Shown: piece after piece, positions 45,607 through 56,357 of the stretch | Layout of the letters: the number at the start of each line of letters is the position of its first letter | How positions within the stretch are numbered: position 1 is the stretch's first letter | NCBI GenBank assembly: GCA_963668675.2 | Contig: CAXXMB010000002.1 | Coordinates: 1,760,001 to 1,824,000, forward strand | Source of the DNA: an uncultured Desulfatitalea sp. | GTDB lineage: Bacteria > Desulfobacterota > Desulfobacteria > Desulfobacterales > Desulfosarcinaceae | Direction of reading: 5' to 3' | Length of the DNA stretch: 64,000 bases | Program-made: the position numbers and the translations under genes | The notes under the pieces: model-generated | What the model was told of the DNA's origin: nothing | The model's input: only the letters and a program-made list of their open reading frames with translations | Databases searched by the model: none

Positions 45607-46580
45607 ATTTTACCTTAAAAGCAGTACTCATTACGATAGCGGTGGTAATCGCTATCGTGCTCTATAGCAGTCTATATACGTTGGAAGAGGGTCTGCAGGC
45701 CATTGTCGTGCAGTTTGGCCGTCCTGTAGGGGAACCGGTAACCGAGGCGGGGCTGCACATGAAACTGCCCTTTGTGCAGGAAGTTCGGCGATTCGAAAAG
45801 CGTCTGCTGGTCTGGGACGGTGATCCGAACCAGGTTCCCACCAAGGGGCGCGAGTTCATCTGGGTGGATACCACCGCCCGATGGCGGATTGCCGATGCGA
45901 AAAAATTTCTGGAGAATGTGGCCAGCGAAGAAGGGGCCCAGTCGCGCTTGAACGATATCCTCGATTCGGTGGTGCGCGACCAGGTGTCTAGCAGTGAACT
46001 TGTTGAACTCGTGCGCAGTGCATCGTGGGAAGTACCTGAGGCCGAGGCCCTGAAGGAGATCCCAAAGGAACGCGAAGAGGAGCTTAAAAGGGAGATTGCC
46101 CGCGGCAGGGAGGAGATCACCCGAACGATACTGACTGAAGCACGAAAGATCATCCCGCAATACGGCATCGAACTGGTGGATGTGCGCATCAAACGCCTGG
46201 ATTACGTGGAAAGTGTCCGCGAAAAGGTCTATGAACGCATGATCTCCGAGCGCAAACGCATTGCCGCGCAGTTTCGCTCCGAAGGCGAGGGACGCAGCGC
46301 CGAGATCCTCGGAACAATGGAAAAAGAGCTGCGCCAGATCCGCTCCACCGCTTACCGCCGGGTGCAGGAGGTCCAAGGCAAAGCCGACGCCGAGGCCACG
46401 CGAATCTACGGCCAAGCTTACAATAAAAATCCGGAATTCTATGCTTTTTTACGCACCCTTGAAAGCTACAAGGAGAAGACCAATCCGAACTCAGTGTTGA
46501 TTCTCACCACGGACAGCGACTTCTATCAATACATCAAGAATGCGAAACCAAGCCAAGTGCAGGTTCCATCGACTCCGTAG
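45603..46580 (+). CDS. hflC: FtsH modulator HflC
   Basis: GIELVDVRIKR, VYERMISERKRIA..FRSEG, PEFYAFLRTLESY. Confidence 0.93.
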   Translation: MNFTLKAVLITIAVVIAIVLYSSLYTLEEGLQAIVVQFGRPVGEPVTEAGLHMKLPFVQEVRRFEKRLLVWDGDPNQVPTKGREFIWVDTTARWRIADAKKFLENVASEEGAQSRLNDILDSVVRDQVSSSELVELVRSASWEVPEAEALKEIPKEREEELKREIARGREEITRTILTEARKIIPQYGIELVDVRIKRLDYVESVREKVYERMISERKRIAAQFRSEGEGRSAEILGTMEKELRQIRSTAYRRVQEVQGKADAEATRIYGQAYNKNPEFYAFLRTLESYKEKTNPNSVLILTTDSDFYQYIKNAKPSQVQVPSTP

Positions 46581-47328
46581 TCACGAAAAGACTCGGCAGC
46601 GGGAAACATCCAGAAGCAAATAGGTTTTTGGATGACAATGCCGGCAGTTATGGCGAGGGTTTTCCGTCGGCCGGCTTGCCGGTTTTTCATGCCGAAACGG
46701 GCCGAAAACCGTTGAACGGACAATATGACAACGAATCAATCCCCAGATTCACGAGGCGTTCCAGGAGATTGCCAAGGCCATGGGGCCGTTGAAAAGGTAT
46801 CTCGCCGGCGATCGCCCGGATAAGTTCGGATAAAAGACGGATTCTTGATTCATTCGGCGCATGGAGATCATTGTCCGACGCGAAGACAAACCGTAAGAAA
46901 TACATAACAAAGACGGCCCCCAGGAATATCAACATAGCATCCAATGACAAAAAAGATCCGCTCATCAATTTGGTGGACAAGGTGCGTTCATTCCTCGGCT
47001 TACCTTGGCGGCTTGAATATAGATCAGGCCCCTTACGATCTGTTGAAGCCGGTGGTCGACGCCATCAGCGGGTTATCACTGGAACTCCCGACAGCCGGTG
47101 CACGATGCGCCAGCAACGATAGGAGGTGATAATGGATAATATCATTAAATATGATGTGCGAACTTATGTTCAAGAATTGATCAAAAAAGAATTTTCATCT
47201 CAAAACAACGAAGAAAAAGTTCTTACGGAGAACTGCAAGACAAATACAGGTGAACATCGTAAAGTGCAGCCACCCTCTATTGCAGTCATCAGTAATGGAA
47301 GAACCACCTCAGACTCAGGAGAATAAAC

Positions 47329-47574
47329 ATGAATGCTAAACTTATTACCAGTTTAATCCTGGCCGGATTGGCAGCTATATTTATCTTCCAGAATGAAGCG
47401 ATGGTGGAGCTGAAATTTTTATACTGGACACTTCCAACGTCAATGACACTAACGATGTTCCTGATTCTTTCATCAGGAATAATAACAGGCTGGTTGCTGC
47501 GCGGAACTTTCCATAAAAGAAAAAGCCGCATCCACGACAAAAAGGGTGTTTTTTCCGCCCAGAGAATAAACTAA
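47329..47574 (+). CDS. LapA/DUF1049-family small membrane protein
   Basis: IFIFQN...VELKFLYW...M.LT.......GII.GWLL; RBS AGGAG. Confidence 0.75.
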   Translation: MNAKLITSLILAGLAAIFIFQNEAMVELKFLYWTLPTSMTLTMFLILSSGIITGWLLRGTFHKRKSRIHDKKGVFSAQRIN

Positions 47575-47575
47575 T

Positions 47576-47777
47576 CACCGGTCCCTACGAATTATTGATC
47601 AGGGATTTGGAGATGCCGGATATGAATGGTTACCATCTGACCCAAACGATCAAAAAAAACGCGCATGAGACAAAAACGATCATCATGACAGGTCGTCACG
47701 AGAACGATTGCCTTAAAATGATGACCTCACAGCGGGTTGACGGGTGGCTTTTCAAGCCTTTTGGATTGAAGGACTGA
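47576..47777 (+). pseudogene. Diverged fragment of the receiver gene at about 42651-42850
   Basis: DLEMPDMNGY...IIMTGR...DGWLFKPFGL, with a colinear DNA match. Confidence 0.85.
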
Positions 47778-48029
47778 CTCCCTGGACACCCAGGCACATC
47801 ATTCGCATGCGATTGTACGATCAATAACAGCCGGTTCACTTCATCCGGCATAGTGCCGACCGATGTTTGCCGTTTTCTACTGGTGAAGCCGCCCGCCTTC
47901 ATCTCGTATATGAGGTCAATAACAAGACGCACCTGGAAGGGCCACTATAGCCCCCCTCGGCCTTCGTCATTTCGGAAGAGGAAATGTGTAAACGACTTTC
48001 ACAAGTCACCACCCAAATATAGGAGATAT

Positions 48030-48290
48030 ATGATGAACCAAAAAGAAGATAGAGGCCGAGGTGGAACAGTTGCAGATTAAATTAGCCGAATTTTAGGCCA
48101 ATGCGAGGAGTTCCGCAGCCGATGCCCGCATAAAATATTCTAAACAGCTCAAAGAGCTTGAGCAGATGCTCGATGCCACAAAGGCCAAGCTCAGAGAGCT
48201 TGGCGAGGCGGGCGAGGGCGCTTGGGAGCGTGTCAGGGACATTGTGGAGAATGCATGGGGTGCCCTAAGCACAGCCATTCGAGGTATGCG
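48030..48290 (+). pseudogene. Degraded Sll1863-like coiled-coil gene
   Basis: ...ADARIKYSKQL.ELEQ...KLRELGEAGEGAWE.V...VENAW; upstream in-frame TAG. Confidence 0.6.
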
Positions 48291-48370
48291 TCAGCCAACT
48301 GCTGATGAAAAAGCGGCTGATGAAGGTGAGCGGCACAGACCCTTCTTCGATATCACAAGCATCCGGGCCC

Positions 48371-48954
48371 CATGTTCTACCCCCTCTGCCCTATACCGAA
48401 AATGCATTGGCGCCGGTCATTAGCGCAAATACCATCGGCTTTCATTTTGGAAAGCATCACCAAGTCTATTTGGGTAACCTGAACAGGCTTATCGCAGGAA
48501 TCGAATAAAGCGACTTGTCACTGGAAAAGATCATCAGCGTCACCACGGGACGGTCCGAAAAAGCTGCAATCTTCGACAACGCGGCCCAAATTCGGAACCA
48601 CACGTTTTACTGGAATAGTATGCAAACCAATGGGTAGAGCCTCCCGTGGTATTAAAGCAGAAAATAGAAGCCTCTTTCAGCACGGTGGACGCCTGCAAGA
48701 AAGAAATGGCCGGCGCGGCTGTTTCCCAGTTCGGCAGCGGTTGGGCTTGGCTTGTGCGCGAAGGCGATACGCTTAAGGTAGTAAAAACTGCTAATGCCAA
48801 TGTCCCATTGGCGACAGACCTGAAACCGCTTCTGGTGATTGACGTTTGGGAGCATGCCATTTACCTGGATTATCAAAATCGGCGGGCCGATTATGTCACC
48901 GCCGTGCTCGACAAGCTGATCAACTGGGAATTTGCCATACAGAACGCCGGATGA
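48371..48954 (+). pseudogene. sodB: Fe/Mn superoxide dismutase pseudogene
   Basis: [35 protein letters not shown] and DVWEHA.YLDYQN.R; TAA at 48506-48508 and a frameshift near 48635. Confidence 0.88.
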
Positions 48955-49551
48955 AAGTAGGAGTCCCAAGGTCGGCGTTTAAAGGAGACGAGCGATATGG
49001 CCAAACACGGTGAAGAGATGAACGAAGATACCCAAAAATTCTTTTCAATTCCGGTTAAAAGGCGCCGCGAAATGGAAAATCGAAAATCAGATGGACGCGA
49101 TTCTATCTTCGTTTGAGCAATGACAAATCACGCATTTCCATAATATGCCCCTAACAACTCAGCGGCTTCGTTCGTTCCCTAAAGGCAGTTGATAAAGGGG
49201 ACGACATTGCAAAAGCATCCAAGGGGTCAAATTGGTAAAGCATGACTTATGCTTGAAATAGAAGGCGTTATGCAACAGCGTATCAGCAGTATGGCCGGTT
49301 ACGACATCAGAGCCACCGATCGAAACCTGCGAAAAGCGGTGGGACTGAATAATGCCCGTCCATAAATGACCAATTTGCCTTTTCTGGATGGACAATAGTT
49401 AGGGAATCGTCAAGCGGACGGAATTCTTTCCGCGCGCAGATCCGTTTTCGGTGTGAAATGTACCACCCGAAGGACACCGCCTGCGCAAAACATAACCGAA
49501 CAGTAATGGAGAAAAAAACTTGTCGAAGTATTTTCATGGAAGGAATTAAAA

Positions 49552-50478
49552 ATGATTTATACCGTAACCTTAAATCCCGCGCTGGACCGTTTCATTGTTG
49601 TTGAACAGTTGCTTGCGGAAGATACCACCCGCATAGTATCCGAAACGCCTTATGCTGCTGGCAAAGGCATTAATGTATCCAGGGTGATTCGGGAGTTGGA
49701 GGGGCATGGTGTTGCCCTTGGGCTTGTCGGCGGTTATGAAGGGTTACAGCTGGAAGGATTGCTTGTTAATGCGGGGGTCTTGGCGGATTTTACCAGGATT
49801 TCAGATGATACGCGGACCAATATTATTCTTCGCGAACAATCAAAAGACCGGCAGTATGCTATCAGTGCCAACGGGCCGGAAGTTCATGCGACAGAAATCG
49901 GCCTGTTTTATCAAAATGTGAACAAAATTCAGGATATGGATTACCTGATCCTGAGCGGGAGCCTTCCGCGCGGTGTTTCACCGAATCTATATGGTCAGCT
50001 GATCCTTTCCGGGAAGAAAAAAAGTGCTTTTACCGTTTTAGATACAGATGGCGAATCACTGCACGAATCCATAGAATATCAGCCGACATGCATAAAACCC
50101 AATATTTATGAGCTTTCCAGGCTGGCGGAACGGGAGCTTCACACCGAATCGGAAATATTTGGCTTTTGTGAGCACCTCCACAAGAAAGGAATTGAGTATG
50201 TCATTGTTTCAAGAGGAAAATTGGGACTGCTTCTATCCTCGGTCAAACAAAAACTAAAGGCCATTGCACCACCGGTTGAAGTAGAAAGCACCGTTGGCGC
50301 GGGTGATTCGGTGGTGGGAGGATTTGTACTTGCGCATTCCCAGGGCAAAGATCTTGCGGACTGCCTTCGACTCGCCTGCGCCGCTGGAACGGCCGCCGCC
50401 GGGACGCCCGGCACGGAGCTTTGTCATCGCGCAGATGTTGAAGACATTCTGCCTAAGGTTCAACTTTCAAATTTATAA
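49552..50478 (+). CDS. 1-phosphofructokinase-family (PfkB) hexose kinase
   Basis: TVTLNPALD, GKGINVS, LSGSLP.G, IKPN..EL, STVGAGDS. Confidence 0.92.
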   Translation: MIYTVTLNPALDRFIVVEQLLAEDTTRIVSETPYAAGKGINVSRVIRELEGHGVALGLVGGYEGLQLEGLLVNAGVLADFTRISDDTRTNIILREQSKDRQYAISANGPEVHATEIGLFYQNVNKIQDMDYLILSGSLPRGVSPNLYGQLILSGKKKSAFTVLDTDGESLHESIEYQPTCIKPNIYELSRLAERELHTESEIFGFCEHLHKKGIEYVIVSRGKLGLLLSSVKQKLKAIAPPVEVESTVGAGDSVVGGFVLAHSQGKDLADCLRLACAAGTAAAGTPGTELCHRADVEDILPKVQLSNL

Positions 50479-50546
50479 CCTAAATCTTGCATAAAAATTA
50501 AAAAAGAAGTTTGCAAAATCCAACTATAAAAAAAGAGATTGTTCAA

Positions 50547-51011
50547 ATGAAAAAAGAAATCCTCGTAAAAGGTTTATTGACTATCATGGTGCTGGCCCTG
50601 ATGGCGGTGCCGGGTTGCGGTAAAAAGGAAGAGTCCGGGAACAAGACCGCGGCCGTGTCCACACAAGATGTAAAAAAGGAAGCCAAGGAAGCTTACGATA
50701 CCACCAAGGCCTATACCCAGGAGCAGATCCAAGCCTTTCAGCAAGAAACGGAAGACAAACTCGCCCAATACAAAAAGGACATCGATCAATTGCAGGCTAA
50801 GGCTGAAAGATTTGAAGGAGATGCGAAGGCGAAAGCCGAGCAAGAACTGACAATATTGCGTCAAAAGCGCGATGCGGTGTCTGAAAAGTTGAAGGATCTG
50901 AGTTCTTCCAGCGCAGATGCTTGGGGCCAAATAAAATTTGGTGTCGATGCAGCATTGGCGGATTTGGGTAGCGCCTATGAAAAGGCTGTGGCTGAGTTCG
51001 GCAAACCATAG
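50547..51011 (+). CDS. Coiled-coil lipoprotein related to the Sll1863-like proteins
   Basis: Lipobox VPGC; ...KLKDL.SSS.DAW.QIK.GVD.A. Confidence 0.7.
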   Translation: MKKEILVKGLLTIMVLALMAVPGCGKKEESGNKTAAVSTQDVKKEAKEAYDTTKAYTQEQIQAFQQETEDKLAQYKKDIDQLQAKAERFEGDAKAKAEQELTILRQKRDAVSEKLKDLSSSSADAWGQIKFGVDAALADLGSAYEKAVAEFGKP

Positions 51012-51064
51012 TGGAGTCGTCGGGCGCGAATTTGAAGAGAACAACCTATAAAGCGAGGATACCC

Positions 51065-53734
51065 ATGGGCCAACACAATCTGAACCGTATGTTTGCACCG
51101 CGCACGGTTGCCGTGGTGGGCGCCAGCGAAAAAGCAGGCACCATCGGAAACGCCTTGATGCGAAATCTTATGGATGGCGGGTTTCCGTTTCCCGGAATTG
51201 TGCTGCCGGTGAATCCGAAGTATGCCACCCTCCACGGGCGGGCGTGCTTCGAATCGGTGTCCGCCCTGGAGACGGGCGTGGACCTCGCCGTTATCGCCAC
51301 GCCGATTCACAGTGTGGCCGATATCGTCAGCGAATGCGTCGAAAAAAAGATCGGCGGCGCCGTCATCATTTCGGCGGGAGGCAAGGAGATCGGCGAACCG
51401 GGGCAGGAGATAGAGGAAGAAATTCGGCGAATCGCCGCCGGCCGGTTGCGTATCGTGGGGCCGAACTGCATGGGCATTATTCGGCCCAAGGTAAATCTCA
51501 ACGCCAGCTTTGCCGCGGAGATGCCCGTGGCCGGAAATCTGGCCTTTGTATCCCAGAGCGGTGCCATTTGTACGGCGATTCTCGATCTGGCGTTAAAGGA
51601 GCGCATCGGCTTCAGCCATTTTGTCAGCATCGGCTCCATGCTGGACGTCGATTTTGGAGACATCATCGATTATCTAGGAAATGACGCCTCGGCCAGAAGC
51701 ATTCTATTGTACGTCGAAAGCCTCACGAATTTCCGCAAATTCATGAGTGCCGCGCGTTCCGTGTCCCGGATCAAACCCATCATCGTTCTCAAATCCGGTA
51801 TCAGTGCCGCCGGCGCCAAAGCCGCTGCCTCTCACACGGGCGCCATGGCCGGAGAAGATGCGGTCTATGACGCTGCCTTCAAGCGCGCCGGCATCGTGCG
51901 GGTGGACACCATCGAAGAACTCTTCGACTGCGCAGAGCTGATGGCCAAGCAACCGCGCCCGCGCGGCGGCCGGCTGGCGATCCTCACCAATGGCGGCGGG
52001 CCGGGCGTGATGGCCACGGACACGCTGGCCCGGTATGGCCAGGTGCCCGCGCCCCTTGACGCTAAAACGCTGCAAGCCTTTGATGGGTTCCTGCCGGCCT
52101 TCTGGAGCCGGGGCAATCCCATCGATATTCTTGGAGATGCTTCCGCGGAGCGCTTCGGCCGTGCCATGGAGGTATGCTTCAACTCGCCAAACCTGGACGG
52201 TGTGCTGGTGATCCTTGCGCCCCAGGCCCTGACCGATCCGTTGGCCGTGGCCGATACGCTGGCGGCCGCTTTAAAGGTGCGCACCTATCCGATCTTTGCC
52301 TGCTGGATGGGCGGTAAGCGCATCGGCAAGGCCGTGGACGTTTTGAATGAAGCGGGAATCCCGACCTATGATACGCCCGAACGGGCGGTCCGGGCGTTTC
52401 TATATATGGTCGAATATGCCCGGAATCATGAAATGCTTTTGGAAATCCCGCCGAAGCTGCCCCGGCACATGGATTTCGATGAGGAAAAAGCTCACGCGCT
52501 GATCGCCGGGGCGCCGGCCCAGGGATTTTTGTCGGAAACGGACGCCAATGAGATTCTCGCGGCCTATGGCCTGCCCGTGGTCAAGCCCCGCATCGCCGAG
52601 ACCGAGGAGCAAGCCTTGGATATCGGCCGGGAGATGGGATACCCGCTGGTCATGAAAGTGCACTGCGCACAGATCACCCACAAAACCGACGCCGGTGGTG
52701 TTCGTCTGGATTTGCGCAGCGATGCCGATGTCAGCCAGGCCTACGCCCAAATCGTATCCTCGGCCCACCAATTCAAACCCGATGCCCACATCGAGGGTGT
52801 AACAATGCAGCCCTATTTTTCAAAGCCGGATTATGAAATCCTGCTGGGTGCCAAGCGGGACCCCAATTTCGGTCCTGTGATTTTGTTCGGCATGGGCGGT
52901 ATTTACACGGAAGTATTAAAAGACAGATCCCTGGGACTGCCCCCCATGAACCGATTGCTGGCCCGGCGACTGATGGAGGAAACCAAAGCCTACTCCTTGT
53001 TGAAAGGATACCGAAACCGTCCCGCCGCCGACATGGAGCGACTCGAAGAGATGATCATCCGGCTGTCGCAACTTCTGATCGATTTTCCCGAAATTGCCGA
53101 ATTGGACATGAATCCAGTGCTCATTAAGGACGGCAATCCCGTGGTGGTCGATGCCAGGCTGCTCCTTTCACCGCCGCCGGCGCCTTCCTCACTGCATTTG
53201 GTGATCGGTCCGTATCCGGAGGAGGAAGAGTCCCATATGGTCGTCGCGGATGGGCACCCTGTTTTTATCCGGCCCGTCAAGCCTGAGGACGCCCCGCTTT
53301 TCACGGCGTTGTTCAAGACCCTGTCGCCCACGACGATTTACCAGCGTTTTTTCGGGGCGATAAAGGAACTGAATCCCGAAATGCTGGTCCGCTTCACCCA
53401 GATCGATTACGACCGCGAGATCGCGCTGGTGGCCATAGATGAAGATTCAGACACCGACTGCTTGTTGGGGGTGGCCAGAATCATCGGAGAGCCGGATGGA
53501 AAAACAGGAGAGTTTGCCGTAGTGGTGGGCGATGCCTGGCAAGGCCGGGGCATTGGGTCGAACCTGCTTGGAAAATGCCTGTCCATTGCCGAAAAGCAGG
53601 GCTTCACTACGGTTCATGGCGTCGTGTTAAAAGAGAACCAAAACATGCTCGCAATGGGAAAAAAGCTGGGGTTCGACATTAAAAGAGATGCCGACGGCGG
53701 AGACAATGAGCTGGTGATTCATTTTGGTTCGTAA
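51065..53734 (+). CDS. Acyl-CoA synthetase (NDP-forming)-GNAT fusion, Pat/YfiQ-type protein lysine acetyltransferase
   Basis: VAVVGAS, GPNCMG, SQSGA, SHTGAMAG, NPIDILGDA, HKTDAGGV, ELDMNP and a C-terminal GNAT (IDYDREIAL, WQGRGIG). Confidence 0.92.
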   Translation: MGQHNLNRMFAPRTVAVVGASEKAGTIGNALMRNLMDGGFPFPGIVLPVNPKYATLHGRACFESVSALETGVDLAVIATPIHSVADIVSECVEKKIGGAVIISAGGKEIGEPGQEIEEEIRRIAAGRLRIVGPNCMGIIRPKVNLNASFAAEMPVAGNLAFVSQSGAICTAILDLALKERIGFSHFVSIGSMLDVDFGDIIDYLGNDASARSILLYVESLTNFRKFMSAARSVSRIKPIIVLKSGISAAGAKAAASHTGAMAGEDAVYDAAFKRAGIVRVDTIEELFDCAELMAKQPRPRGGRLAILTNGGGPGVMATDTLARYGQVPAPLDAKTLQAFDGFLPAFWSRGNPIDILGDASAERFGRAMEVCFNSPNLDGVLVILAPQALTDPLAVADTLAAALKVRTYPIFACWMGGKRIGKAVDVLNEAGIPTYDTPERAVRAFLYMVEYARNHEMLLEIPPKLPRHMDFDEEKAHALIAGAPAQGFLSETDANEILAAYGLPVVKPRIAETEEQALDIGREMGYPLVMKVHCAQITHKTDAGGVRLDLRSDADVSQAYAQIVSSAHQFKPDAHIEGVTMQPYFSKPDYEILLGAKRDPNFGPVILFGMGGIYTEVLKDRSLGLPPMNRLLARRLMEETKAYSLLKGYRNRPAADMERLEEMIIRLSQLLIDFPEIAELDMNPVLIKDGNPVVVDARLLLSPPPAPSSLHLVIGPYPEEEESHMVVADGHPVFIRPVKPEDAPLFTALFKTLSPTTIYQRFFGAIKELNPEMLVRFTQIDYDREIALVAIDEDSDTDCLLGVARIIGEPDGKTGEFAVVVGDAWQGRGIGSNLLGKCLSIAEKQGFTTVHGVVLKENQNMLAMGKKLGFDIKRDADGGDNELVIHFGS

Positions 53735-53766
53735 CCGTTAAGGACAAACTTATTAAGGAGAAATAC

Positions 53767-54168
53767 ATGAAAACAAACATGGGGTTGTGGATAGATCATC
53801 GCAAGGCGGTGATTGTGGCAGTTTCGGGCAAGGGGGAAGAAACAATCGTTATCGAATCAAAGGCAGAAAAACAGCCCGCACGGTTTGACGGGGTACGTTC
53901 GACGACCCCCTATGAATCTCAGAAGGTTCAAGCGGATGGTAGACAGGAGATAAAATTTACCGACAAACTCAACATTTACTACGATGAGGTCATTTCGGTT
54001 CTTCGTGACGCCGAGTCCATTTTGCTTTTTGGTCCTGGAGTGGCGAAGGGTGAACTGAAAACACGTTTAGAAGATGACCATCTCGCTCACCTCATACAAG
54101 CTGTGGAGACAGTTGATCAGATGACAGATCGCCAGATTGCAGCGAAAGTCCGGGAATACTTTAGCTAA
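53767..54168 (+). CDS. Host-attachment/baeRF-like (eRF1 domain 2-like) small protein
   Basis: GLWIDHRKAVIV...YYDEV...ILLFGPG.AKGEL...MTD.QI.AKVR.YF. Confidence 0.7.
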   Translation: MKTNMGLWIDHRKAVIVAVSGKGEETIVIESKAEKQPARFDGVRSTTPYESQKVQADGRQEIKFTDKLNIYYDEVISVLRDAESILLFGPGVAKGELKTRLEDDHLAHLIQAVETVDQMTDRQIAAKVREYFS

Positions 54169-54189
54169 AGCTCTCAAAGGAGAACACTC

Positions 54190-54438
54190 ATGATCGATAA
54201 AGACCAACTTTGCCGTAAGATCAGAGATATTTATCCGGACATTGGAGAATGCGGCGTTGATATTAATGTTGCATTCGATGAGACCAACCAGCGGTGGGCG
54301 GTCGATTTGAAAAAGGGTTCCCGCCGAATGAAGACCTTTCTGGAAGAAGGAGGCGCGGAATTCTGCCTACAAGGTGGACAGTGTGTCAGCCTGGGCATTG
54401 ATATCGGTCAATTGCACGACACTATCGCGCGCATGTAA
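54190..54438 (+). CDS. Hypothetical Cys-containing small protein
   Basis: RBS AAGGAG; 82 aa, LC.KI..IYPDIG.CG...C..G.QCV.LG. Confidence 0.7.
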   Translation: MIDKDQLCRKIRDIYPDIGECGVDINVAFDETNQRWAVDLKKGSRRMKTFLEEGGAEFCLQGGQCVSLGIDIGQLHDTIARM

Positions 54439-54509
54439 CGCAAGGTTCAGAGCCCCTGACGACCGGATGAACGTTGGCTGCACAAAGACTGCGGTCGCAA
54501 TGAGGGTGC

Positions 54510-55175
54510 ATGATGATAAGAATAAAGTTTTTTATAAAAATAGGAATCTGCAAGTCGACAACCCTGACAGTGCTTCTGATCTGTGCATTTATGGCTATGA
54601 TGCCCGGCTGCCGGTCCGATTCGAAAACCGATGGGTCATCGGGGGTCGTTGTCGTCCCCCATGGGTACATGGCCCGCCTGGAGCAGGTGCATGACGGCCG
54701 GATGATCGGGTTCGGTCCCTTCGTGGGCTATTATTTCCGGCCGGAGGACCCTGGGGATCTGAGCCGGCTGCGATTCGTCTGCTTCAACGAAAACCGATTC
54801 TACAGTTCGGACATGCCCAACGGTGCCAAACTATACGAAGGGACGGCGGTGCGGACGACGCTGCCCCAGGCCGATGGGGTGATCCCGGCCCAGGACAGGA
54901 TCAATCCGGTATTCTTTGGGGAAGCGCCCGAGGCCTGGCGCGAGACGCGGCCGGAGCCCCGGGATGAATTCGTGCATTTTCACTCCGGCTACGACGCTAC
55001 GGGACCGGTGCATACCGGATACTGGATTCGCCATGTGGCCGTCTCCGACTTCACCTATGACATGGGGGGGCGGGTCGGGCAAGAGAGCCCCCTGTATCAC
55101 CGGGTCAATAAAGGGCCTGACCGGGACTTTGCCAGGATCATCGAATTCGACAGGGGGCCAAAAAAAGACGATTGA
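54510..55175 (+). CDS. Hypothetical lipoprotein
   Basis: Hydrophobic stretch with MPGC lipobox; start uncertain; first gene before the rhodanese. Confidence 0.65.
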   Translation: MMIRIKFFIKIGICKSTTLTVLLICAFMAMMPGCRSDSKTDGSSGVVVVPHGYMARLEQVHDGRMIGFGPFVGYYFRPEDPGDLSRLRFVCFNENRFYSSDMPNGAKLYEGTAVRTTLPQADGVIPAQDRINPVFFGEAPEAWRETRPEPRDEFVHFHSGYDATGPVHTGYWIRHVAVSDFTYDMGGRVGQESPLYHRVNKGPDRDFARIIEFDRGPKKDD

Positions 55176-55243
55176 ACGGTATCTTTCCAGACTGACTCGA
55201 AACCATTGAAGACGATAAATTAGATGGGAAGGAGACAAATTAC

Positions 55244-56353
55244 ATGAAAAACGGCAAACGCATTCGTTATGCGGCAATCGCCGCGGTTTTGCTGCTCGGC
55301 GTCTACTGGTCGGCGGCTTCGGCGATCGGCGGCGCAGCCGGCAAAAATTATCCCAACGCCCGTTTCCTGGCCACCGCCCAGTGGCTGAAATCACACCAGG
55401 CGAACGCCTCCCTGGTGATCGTGGACGTCCGAATGGACAAATACGTTGAGGGGAAACTGATCCCCGGCGCCATCCGCATGCCCTGGCGGCAGTTCCAGTA
55501 CGACGATATCGCCGGCAACATGGGCGGGCTGTTCGTAGGGATCGTGCGTGCCCAGCAGCTGCTTGGCGAACACGGCATCGCCCGGAACGACACCGTGGTG
55601 CTTTACGATTCGGTGCAACGGGACGGCGGCGCCACCAGTTCCTACATTTTCTGGGTTCTCGACCTGCTGGGTCACAAAAACATGAAAGTGCTGGAGCGGG
55701 GCATCGACGGGTGGATCGATGCGGGCGGAGAAACGGTGCCCGAACCGCGCACGCCCGAGGCGGTCCTGTATCAAGCCCCGTCGGAAGAGATCAACCTGCG
55801 CAAATGGGTCAAGGCCGAGTACATGCTGCCACGGCTCGGTGATCCCTATTATCAGATCATAGATGTCCGGTCCCGGGAAGAATACCTGGGTGAAAAACCC
55901 GATAACGGCCTGGATGGCACGGCGCTCAAACTGGGGCATGTCCCGACGGCAACTAACAGCGACTACACCCTCAACTGGACCACCCCCGACATCAAGGCGC
56001 TTAAACCTTACGCGGTGTTGCAGGAACACTACCGAGGCCTCGACCCCGGCAAGGCCGTGATCCTTTATTGCCATTCGGCCCGTCGGGGATCATTTGGCTA
56101 TTTCGTCCTCAGGCTCATGGGCTTCGAAGACGTGATGCTTTATGAGGCCTCCTGGATGGAATGGGGCAATAAACGCTATTACTACCCGGTTGAAACCGCG
56201 GAAAACGTCCTCATCGGGGATCTCCTGCCGGGAACGTCGACAACACCCGCCACCCTCAACCGTCTGGGAAAGACAAACCGGAAAAGCGGCGCGGCCGCTG
56301 AACCCGGAGGCGACCGCGGCTCCAAAAGCGGGTACGTCTCCTGCGGAGGATAA
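55244..56353 (+). CDS. Exported tandem-domain rhodanese/sulfurtransferase
   Basis: Signal peptide; IVDVR, IIDVRS.EEY.G, GHVP.A, active loop YCHSARR, YEASW.EW; ends in SCGG. Confidence 0.88.
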   Translation: MKNGKRIRYAAIAAVLLLGVYWSAASAIGGAAGKNYPNARFLATAQWLKSHQANASLVIVDVRMDKYVEGKLIPGAIRMPWRQFQYDDIAGNMGGLFVGIVRAQQLLGEHGIARNDTVVLYDSVQRDGGATSSYIFWVLDLLGHKNMKVLERGIDGWIDAGGETVPEPRTPEAVLYQAPSEEINLRKWVKAEYMLPRLGDPYYQIIDVRSREEYLGEKPDNGLDGTALKLGHVPTATNSDYTLNWTTPDIKALKPYAVLQEHYRGLDPGKAVILYCHSARRGSFGYFVLRLMGFEDVMLYEASWMEWGNKRYYYPVETAENVLIGDLLPGTSTTPATLNRLGKTNRKSGAAAEPGGDRGSKSGYVSCGG

Positions 56354-56357
56354 GCCC

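Noticed and set aside
49149..49273. Possible attC site (CCTAAC ... GTTATGC)
   Set aside because: Single instance, poor internal complementarity, no cassette ORF or integrase.
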